From Verrucomicrobiota bacterium (GTDB lineage: Bacteria > Verrucomicrobiota > Verrucomicrobiia > Opitutales > Seribacteraceae), in the NCBI GenBank assembly GCA_027622665.1, contig JAQBYT010000013.1, forward strand, positions 32,555 through 96,554: 64,000 bases of DNA, in the 5' to 3' direction. The translations under genes were made by a program, and so were the position numbers. The notes beneath the pieces are model-generated. The model was not told where the DNA came from. It saw nothing but the letters and a program-made list of their open reading frames with translations, and searched no databases. Shown here one piece after another: positions 57,007 to 64,000 of the stretch (its first letter is position 1; the number at the start of each line of letters is the position of its first letter).

Positions 57007-59538
57007 ATGAAGAAATTCAAGAAAGCCCTTCAGTACGTTGCCTGGTTTACCTTTGGGTTGTTGTTCATCTGGATCGGTTTCTGGGTTCAGTCCTACGGGT
57101 TTGATATCATTCGAGATATGAGGCAAATGGAACGAGTGCCCCAAGTTTCCGTTCATCACGTGATTCCGGGCGAGGTGAGCATTCAAGGTAAAGCCAGCAA
57201 AGGAAAAAAAACATTAGTATCAAGATACACCCAGACCCCTTGTCTTTATCACCGTTTCCACAAGGAGCGTGAAGAGAAGGATTCGGATGGCGATACGCGT
57301 TGGGTGACGGTTGAGCGAGGATCCGAATCAACGAATTTCTTCCTGTCTGAAGATACGGGCAAGATATTGGTTGAGCTAAAGAAAGGTGGGGTAAGCCCTG
57401 ATTTGGACGAGGACTATCAAAAAGAGAAGGGTAGGTTTCGTTATACCGAATGGCGCATTGAGGAGGGAGAAGAGGTGTTTGCTTTCGCGATGGTAGTAAA
57501 ATCCAATGACGGTTTTTCCCTTCGCTTTGATCAACCCGGTTCGTATACCCCTGTTCTGTCAAACGACGATGCCTTGGAAAACCGTTCGGGGTTGGGAACC
57601 AAGGGTGTCTTGTCCAGCACAGCTAGCGTAGCCCTTCTTTGCTTCGGTTGTTTGTTGCTATGCTTTGCTTTCCGAATTCATCGAGTGTTGGTCTTTCTAT
57701 CCATTGTTTCCGCTTTGATCTCGGTTGCCATGATTTATTCGGGGTTATCGATGATGAAAGTCGATTTGAAGGACGGATATGCTCGTCTTACTCGTTTGGA
57801 GAAATCGGCTTTGTCCGAAGTCACGGAATTAGTCGACGTTAGAGTCGACTGGAAGACCCTCCCCTCTAATCTCGTTTCCCTTAATGAAAGGGATCGTTCC
57901 CGCATCTTGGGCATTCGCGAAGATTTCGTTGCATCTGTCGAAAGAACCAATGCGATTAGAGATCGATTTCCCGAGCGTTTGCTGGCCCCTTTGTGGGGAA
58001 TTAAACCGAGGCCTTCCCTTCTCGCGGATGGGGATACGATGTCAGGGGAAGCAGTCATTGCAAAGACGCCAATGAAGGGCTGGATCTCTCTGTTGTGTGC
58101 AGCTGCCGCTTTGCTAATGATGGGATTGGGTTCCTTTTTCGGTTTTCGGAGAATTAAGACCAAGCGATACGTTGAGAATATACCTACTTCGCCATCCGCA
58201 GGGCTGGCTTACGGACCTGCCGAAATCAAGGGGATTGTCGAGTGTGATCCCAATCGCTTCCTCAAGGGCCCCATAAGCGATGCAAAATGTGTTTATTACA
58301 GATACAAAATCACCGAGCGTCGGCGTTCCGGAAAGAAAACTAGAACTGTCGTCATTAAGGATGAGAAACATTATGTGCCTTTCCAATGCAGGGATTCCGA
58401 AGGCGTAATTCCAATCGAGCCTGAGGGTGCGGAATTTACTGCCGATTTCAAGGTCAAGAAGAGGATTGGTCGACAGACGCATTACGAATGGCACATTGCT
58501 CCTGCGACCGAGGTCTACGTTCTGGGCTCTGCCGTGGTGGATAAGGACACGGGTGACCATCTGGTTATTTCCGACGGGGACAATGGCGGTTTCCCTTTCC
58601 TTGTTTCCGACGAGACGGAGACGGAAGTCATGTTGCGTCAGGGGCGCAAGGGTTTGCTTGGCATTGGTTTTGCCCAGAACGGAACGGTTTTCCTCGGTCT
58701 CATCCTCTTTGGGGCGCTTGGTTCGTTTGCGGCCACGGATTTTCTCCTTTCGGCCTTGGTGTCGCCCATGTTCCTGGGGTTTAGCATGTTGGTTCTCATG
58801 TTCAACGACCTTGTTTTTTTGAGGAATCGCGTGAATCGAGCTTGGGCAAATATCGAGGTCTCCTTGAAAAAAAGAGCGGACCTGATCCCAAGCATGGAAA
58901 ATATCGTAAAGGGCTACTTGTCCCACGAAGAGTCCGTCTTGGAGGCTGTTGCGGGGCTAAGAACTGCCGTGGTCGGGAAAACCTCCTATTCCCCGACTGA
59001 AGTGGATTCGGTGATGCGGCAGGAGACGGTCTTAACGAACCGACTGATTGCACTTCGCGAAGATTCGCCCGACCTCAAGGGCGACACCGTCATGGATGAC
59101 TTCATGCTACGCCTGACTCGAATGGAAAACGAGGTGGCTCTAATGCGGAAAGGCTACAACGACGGCATCGAGCGTTACCACGAAGCCAAGAAAAGAATTC
59201 CCGAGGTGTTTCTCGCCAAGCTTTTCAAGTTTCAGGATGCCGAATTTCTTAGGTTTTCAATGGAGGTTAGGGAAGTTCCCTCCTTGACTTTCGACGAGGA
59301 TGTTCACCAAGAAGACAAAGCCGCAGAGACCGCTGTTGCAACCGAGGAACCTGTAATCGAGACGGATTCATCGTTGCCTGGAGTTTTTGTCTACAAGAAC
59401 GAACAACAAATGGGTCCGTACACCGTCGATCAATTGAGAGAATCCGTTGGGACCGGCGAGCTTTCGGAGAACGACCAAGCCTGCTTTGACGGGAAGAACT
59501 GGGTGACGATTGGTCAAATTCCAGGATTCGCCGAATGA
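57007..59538 (+). CDS. Membrane protein: tandem GIDE-like domains + LemA domain + C-terminal GYF_2 (DUF4339)
   Basis: LemA: FNDLVFLRNRVNRAWANIEVSLKKRADLIP...YNDGIERY...IPEVFLAKLF. Two GIDE-like segments (GEVSIQG...CLYH; GPAEIKG...CVYY). Tail NEQQMGPYTVDQL...W. Confidence 0.8.
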   Translation: MKKFKKALQYVAWFTFGLLFIWIGFWVQSYGFDIIRDMRQMERVPQVSVHHVIPGEVSIQGKASKGKKTLVSRYTQTPCLYHRFHKEREEKDSDGDTRWVTVERGSESTNFFLSEDTGKILVELKKGGVSPDLDEDYQKEKGRFRYTEWRIEEGEEVFAFAMVVKSNDGFSLRFDQPGSYTPVLSNDDALENRSGLGTKGVLSSTASVALLCFGCLLLCFAFRIHRVLVFLSIVSALISVAMIYSGLSMMKVDLKDGYARLTRLEKSALSEVTELVDVRVDWKTLPSNLVSLNERDRSRILGIREDFVASVERTNAIRDRFPERLLAPLWGIKPRPSLLADGDTMSGEAVIAKTPMKGWISLLCAAAALLMMGLGSFFGFRRIKTKRYVENIPTSPSAGLAYGPAEIKGIVECDPNRFLKGPISDAKCVYYRYKITERRRSGKKTRTVVIKDEKHYVPFQCRDSEGVIPIEPEGAEFTADFKVKKRIGRQTHYEWHIAPATEVYVLGSAVVDKDTGDHLVISDGDNGGFPFLVSDETETEVMLRQGRKGLLGIGFAQNGTVFLGLILFGALGSFAATDFLLSALVSPMFLGFSMLVLMFNDLVFLRNRVNRAWANIEVSLKKRADLIPSMENIVKGYLSHEESVLEAVAGLRTAVVGKTSYSPTEVDSVMRQETVLTNRLIALREDSPDLKGDTVMDDFMLRLTRMENEVALMRKGYNDGIERYHEAKKRIPEVFLAKLFKFQDAEFLRFSMEVREVPSLTFDEDVHQEDKAAETAVATEEPVIETDSSLPGVFVYKNEQQMGPYTVDQLRESVGTGELSENDQACFDGKNWVTIGQIPGFAE

Positions 59539-59604
59539 GCTTATTGCTTACGAACCGGTAACTCTTCCAGTGTCCTTTAGGCTTTGGGATTGCCTCGATG
59601 GCAA

Positions 59605-60909
59605 TTACTTCAATTTGGGAACGGGACGATTGTCATATCGTTCGTAAAGCCGAGTGTGCCGGCTTCCCATGTTCACTTCTCGTCCGGAAAGAATCAAGTG
59701 CTTGACGGAGGCTCTAAGGTCGAACAAATCGCCCGAACAGGAAAGGAAAGTCGCGTCCTTTCCGATTTCCAATGAGCCGAGGCGATTGTCGACTCCCATT
59801 AGTTTTGCGGGTTCGAGCGTAATGGATGCCAGTGCTTTTTCTCTGGGAAGTCCGTATGTTATCGCTTGAGCGACGTGATACGGCAAGTTGCGCTGGTTGG
59901 CTGCCGACCAAGCTCCTAACGGAAGCCCGATCGAAAGGGGGACGCCGGCTTTAGCCAAAATGGCGGGAGCCCGATATTGTCGGTCATGGGGTTGGTTCCT
60001 TTGGGAGGGGGCACTAAAGATATGGCGGTAGACAACAGCAGTCTTTTTCTCGGCCAACCAGTCGGCCAGTTTCCAAGCATCTCGACCACCGGAAAGAACG
60101 TAGCGATAATCTCTCTTGATCGCCCATTCAACGGCAGCTTTGATTTGTCGAACATCGTCGGCATGGATCATCAAGGGCAGTTTCCGGCTAAGAACCGGGA
60201 GCATGGCCTCCCATCCGGGGATTTTTGAAAAGTTCGCTACCTTTGCTTCCCGAGCGTTGCGGTAGGCTTCCGCTTGGTCAAAGAATTCATCGATCTCACG
60301 AATACGACTTTTGCGCTCCTTGGCTTGATCGTCGATGGACTTTGTTTTCGAGTTCCCAGTCGGATTTGGGAGAGAAATGCCATGCCCCGGCCACCATAGA
60401 TGAAGGGCGACCTTTTTCTTTACGGCCATTTCTTCGACTCCCCATCCGTCCAGAGCGATTAATCCGGAGGTGCCGGAGATGGTTCCTCCCATCGGAACGA
60501 CTAGGGCATGAGCGATTCCGTTTGCACGAGCAACTGGAATTAGCTCGGAATCAGGGTTGATTGCCACCCAAGCCTCAATCTCGGGAGTATGCGAGCCGAC
60601 TTCTCTCTCGTCACGGGTCGGTCGCAAGGCATTGATTTCGGCTAGTCCAAGAGAGGATCCCGGGCTGATCAAACCCGGGTATATTTCAAGCTCCCGCCAT
60701 TCGATTGTCTTGCATTTTGCAGGTTTTTTTACGGATTTCCCGATTGCTTTAATCTTGCCGTTCTCAACGAGTATTTCGCCGGGTTCATAAGTTAGAAAAG
60801 GGGTAGCGTGGACTTTCTTGGCCCGATATATAACGGGTTCTCCCCAACTCACCTTTGCCAAATGAACGCCGAACAGAAGAACGAGAAGAATTTTCGCTGA
60901 GCTTTTCAT
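59605..60909 (-). CDS. Amidohydrolase family protein (metal-ligand motif degenerate)
   Basis: IYPGLISPGSSLG, ARANGI, ITLEPAKLMGV, GSLEIGKDA. Start MKSSAK overlaps the upstream stop. Confidence 0.85.
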   Translation of the reverse strand: MKSSAKILLVLLFGVHLAKVSWGEPVIYRAKKVHATPFLTYEPGEILVENGKIKAIGKSVKKPAKCKTIEWRELEIYPGLISPGSSLGLAEINALRPTRDEREVGSHTPEIEAWVAINPDSELIPVARANGIAHALVVPMGGTISGTSGLIALDGWGVEEMAVKKKVALHLWWPGHGISLPNPTGNSKTKSIDDQAKERKSRIREIDEFFDQAEAYRNAREAKVANFSKIPGWEAMLPVLSRKLPLMIHADDVRQIKAAVEWAIKRDYRYVLSGGRDAWKLADWLAEKKTAVVYRHIFSAPSQRNQPHDRQYRAPAILAKAGVPLSIGLPLGAWSAANQRNLPYHVAQAITYGLPREKALASITLEPAKLMGVDNRLGSLEIGKDATFLSCSGDLFDLRASVKHLILSGREVNMGSRHTRLYERYDNRPVPKLK

Positions 60910-63776
60910 CGACTGCCCTCCTGATGTTGGTGCCCATGGGTGCGGCAAGAGTGGGGGAAGAGGTCGCATGCGGTTTCAAGGCAATGTCGAAAGAATTTTT
61001 CCTTTGATTTGGCTGAAGCCTTGTCCTCTTTACCGCCATTGAGCGAACTTCTCGCCTTTGCCACCAAGGTGTCCCGCTCCTTGGTTCGTCGCTTTTCTCT
61101 TTCACGGGTTTTGTTCAGTTCGTGGTACAAGACGCCGTCGATCCACGTCTGTTCGCATTTCGATCGATAATCCAAGGGATTACCTGTCCATAGGGCAAGG
61201 TCTGCGTCCTTGCCGACTTCAAGGGAACCTACCCATTGGTCGATGCCCAACTGCTTGGCCGGATTGAGGGTGACGAATTTGAGGGCCTCCGTTTCGGGTA
61301 GACCGCCGTACTTGACTGCCTTGGCCGCCTCGAGGTTCAGTCGTCGAGCATGGTCGGGTGAATCCGAGTTGAAGCTTACCACGCATCCACGTTCATGCAT
61401 GATCGCCCCTGCGTAGGGGATGGCGTCATAAACCTCGAACTTGTAAGCCCACCAATCGGAAAAAGTGGATGCCCCCGCACCGTGACGGGCAATCTCGTCC
61501 GCCACCTTGTAGCCCTCGAGTACATGCTGCAAGGTGCCGATCTTGACTCCGAAACTTTCCATGGTTCGCAGAAACACGAGAATTTCGTCTTGTCGGTAGG
61601 AATGGCAATGGATGAGCCGCTGGCCCCGGATGATTTCAAGGATTGCCTCGAGCTCGAGGTTTCTCCTGAGAGGCGGTCCCTTACCCTCCTGAGCTTGCCG
61701 GAGTCGGATGTCGTATTGGCGGGCGGCGGTGAAGCGATTGGCGGAAAAGGATTTCACTCCCCTTCTAGACTGTGGGAAACGCGTGGTGTACTTATCACCC
61801 CAATTCGATTGCTTTACGTTTTCTCCAAGGGCGAACTTGATTCCGCTTGGCGCTTGCTGCATCAGCATTGCATCCGGCGACGCTCCGAGCCTGAGTTTGA
61901 TTACGGCGTTTTGACCGCCTATTGGATTAGCCGATCCATGGAGCAGGTTGCAGGCAGTCACGCCACCCGCCAACTGGCGCTCGACATTGATGCTCTCCGA
62001 ATTGACGACGTCGGAAATTCGGACCATTGCTGTGGAGGGCAGGGTGGACTCGTTGACTCCTCCGAGAATCATGGCATGGCTATGGCAGTCGATAATTCCG
62101 GGCGTTAGGTGCATGCCCTTGCCTTCCACTAGCTTGCAATCCTTTGGAATGGTTTGTTTTAGATTTGCGCCGATGGCTACAATTTTTCCATCCCTCACCA
62201 ATAAGTCCCGGTCGGCAAGGATTCCCTCTTTCTCGCAGGTCCAAAGTTTGAAACCGGTAAAGAGAACCGAGGCCGGACTTTCCAGTGCCTTGCGGTCGGC
62301 GTGGGGGAACTTGGCAATTCTCTCGTTGAGAGGTTTCTCGTCGGTTGCGTTGCCGTCTTTCTCCCCTTTCTTCTTGTCGGCATCGTTGAGCGGGTATTGG
62401 AAGGGGTGGCCTTGAATCCAGGTGGAACTTATCTTCGCTTCCTTGGCAAAGTAAGTGCTTCCTTCCACCACGACAAAGTTTGCCAATTTCCCTTTGTCGA
62501 TCGTTCCTGCGAACCGGTCGATCCCGCAGATCTTGGCGGGGTTGGTCGTAAGGGCGGCGATGGCCTTCTCCTCAGGTAAGCCTCGACCGATTGCTTGCAG
62601 CAAGTTTCCGTGGAATTCACCAAGGCTCGACCCGCTTGTGGTGAAGGAAAGCGACTTGGTTCTCTTGGCGAGCAGAGCAGGGTTTCCGGGGGCGTGATCC
62701 CATGCTCGAAGCTGATCCAGAGAGATTTGGTTCCAGTCCTCGTCGTCGGGCAACTTGGAAAGGGCGGGGAAAATCAGTGATGAGACGTAGGAGTGATTCT
62801 TCGAGCAGGCGAGGTCGGGCCTTCTCCACTCGTCGCCGGTTGCAATTATTACCGGGTGCACGCCAAATTCCTTACCCAGACTCAAGGCGCGACTTTCCAT
62901 TAGGCAACTACCGGGTTCGAACCAAACGGGAAAGGGGGCTTTCTTATTTAGAACTTCCTGCAAGCTTCGGATCCCGGCATGGGGAACGACAGGGACTGGG
63001 ACCGGGTTCTTCTTTTGGTAGAGGATGAGTTCCTGAGCATATTTTGTATCTATGAAAGTCTGCCGGATGACGGCGAGCGTACCCATCAACGAACTCGGGT
63101 AAACCCGAGGGGATTGTTCCTTGCCTACCGGGTCGAAGGCGATGACCTGAGCGACCTCTTCTTTAAGTACTAGATCATTCGGGTCTCCCGTCCGGAGAAG
63201 AACACATGGCCCGGTTCCTCGGAAAATACCCTTGGAGGGAGCTAGATGGGCGGTGGTGAACCCATGCTTGCGTAGGGATTCCCATTTTTTGTCGTTGGGT
63301 TGAAAATCGTTGATTCCCCTTCGCTCGGGATGAACGCCCGACACTTCAAAGCCAGGTCCCTTTTCTCCGGAGTCAGTCCGCGTCGAGGGCGTCCCGTGAA
63401 AGGACAAGTCGGCCGTGGCGTGAACATGCTCGTCGTGCTTGAGCTCGAGCAATCCTGCATCTTCCGAATCCGGCAGCAGATAAGGATCTATGAAGCCCGG
63501 ATATATCGTTTTTCCAGTCATGTCCCATATCCTGTAACCGGCGGGAATCTTCACATCCTTCCCTACTTTTTCGATAACACCATCGCGGACGAGTAAGGTT
63601 CCTTTTGTGATACGGTGTTCAGGGTCGACTTGGATGTCTGCTTTAACCAAGGCATGAAGGTTCGGCCCAACGGGTTTTTCTCCGGGAAAGGGGAATTCCG
63701 GCCGTGCTCCCACGGTAATAAACAGCATTGTCCAAGCGAGGGTAATCAATGTCAGGGTTTTACGGGAGAGGGACAT
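60906..63776 (-). CDS. Double-domain amidohydrolase family protein, secreted
   Basis: Domain 1 IYPGFIDPY...GTIDKGKLAN; domain 2 PGIIDCHSH, LHGSANPIGG, KFALGENVK, HCHSY, QHVLEG, FNSDS. Start taken at MSLSRKT. Confidence 0.88.
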   Translation of the reverse strand: MSLSRKTLTLITLAWTMLFITVGARPEFPFPGEKPVGPNLHALVKADIQVDPEHRITKGTLLVRDGVIEKVGKDVKIPAGYRIWDMTGKTIYPGFIDPYLLPDSEDAGLLELKHDEHVHATADLSFHGTPSTRTDSGEKGPGFEVSGVHPERRGINDFQPNDKKWESLRKHGFTTAHLAPSKGIFRGTGPCVLLRTGDPNDLVLKEEVAQVIAFDPVGKEQSPRVYPSSLMGTLAVIRQTFIDTKYAQELILYQKKNPVPVPVVPHAGIRSLQEVLNKKAPFPVWFEPGSCLMESRALSLGKEFGVHPVIIATGDEWRRPDLACSKNHSYVSSLIFPALSKLPDDEDWNQISLDQLRAWDHAPGNPALLAKRTKSLSFTTSGSSLGEFHGNLLQAIGRGLPEEKAIAALTTNPAKICGIDRFAGTIDKGKLANFVVVEGSTYFAKEAKISSTWIQGHPFQYPLNDADKKKGEKDGNATDEKPLNERIAKFPHADRKALESPASVLFTGFKLWTCEKEGILADRDLLVRDGKIVAIGANLKQTIPKDCKLVEGKGMHLTPGIIDCHSHAMILGGVNESTLPSTAMVRISDVVNSESINVERQLAGGVTACNLLHGSANPIGGQNAVIKLRLGASPDAMLMQQAPSGIKFALGENVKQSNWGDKYTTRFPQSRRGVKSFSANRFTAARQYDIRLRQAQEGKGPPLRRNLELEAILEIIRGQRLIHCHSYRQDEILVFLRTMESFGVKIGTLQHVLEGYKVADEIARHGAGASTFSDWWAYKFEVYDAIPYAGAIMHERGCVVSFNSDSPDHARRLNLEAAKAVKYGGLPETEALKFVTLNPAKQLGIDQWVGSLEVGKDADLALWTGNPLDYRSKCEQTWIDGVLYHELNKTREREKRRTKERDTLVAKARSSLNGGKEDKASAKSKEKFFRHCLETACDLFPHSCRTHGHQHQEGSR

Positions 63777-64000
63777 GGAGGAAAGAATGCTTGTACTGCT
63801 GAGCAGGGCAAACTTAATGAAAAGTTCCCACCTTGACATTCGATTTTTCAAAAATGTTTGAGGAAACTATTATCCTTGTTCCCCCTAGTCTTTTGCCAAT
63901 GTTGATTCTGCTATGATTCGTCATCTTGCCACGCTCGGTTTCACGATGGCGACGACGTTCTTTCCGCCCCGAGAGTCACTACTCTTTCAGGGCAAGAGGC

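Noticed and set aside
63913..64000. Possible start of a + strand gene at the window edge
   Set aside because: Only 29 codons are visible and no motif is recognisable, so it cannot be supported.
1..64000. CRISPR arrays, rRNA, tRNA, intact transposases, defence systems
   Set aside because: No regularly spaced direct repeats, RNA-gene signatures or such protein motifs were seen by eye. The repeats present are protein-level (FG-GAP, propeller, beta-helix).

Overview
A 64-kb, gene-dense chromosomal region of moderate-to-high GC from a PVC-superphylum bacterium. Gene content suggests a marine Verrucomicrobium or Opitutales relative; this is inferred from DUF1501/DUF1549/DUF1553, planctomycete-type cytochrome c, DUF1080 and many sulfatases. 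Most genes encode exported carbohydrate- or sulfate-processing proteins: four Gfo/Idh/MocA oxidoreductases, three DUF1080 proteins, a xylose-isomerase-like TIM barrel, three sulfatases, a GH16, a sialate O-acetylesterase and PQQ/cytochrome c proteins. Housekeeping genes are uup, glmS and feoAB. Notable points: (i) a ~3.3-kb foreign patch (43.2-46.6 kb, mostly AT-rich) with a decayed tyrosine recombinase, lying between two truncated host genes; (ii) components of a possibly periplasmic 3-keto-glycoside (oxidation-elimination) pathway; (iii) a tandemly duplicated GIDE-LemA protein with a GYF_2 tail; (iv) an unannotated, decayed small membrane-protein gene with a structured leader and terminator; (v) a frameshifted TauD-like gene; (vi) a palindromic operator upstream of feoA. 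I saw no rRNA, tRNA or CRISPR array. All family calls come from recognising motifs by eye, not from database searches.
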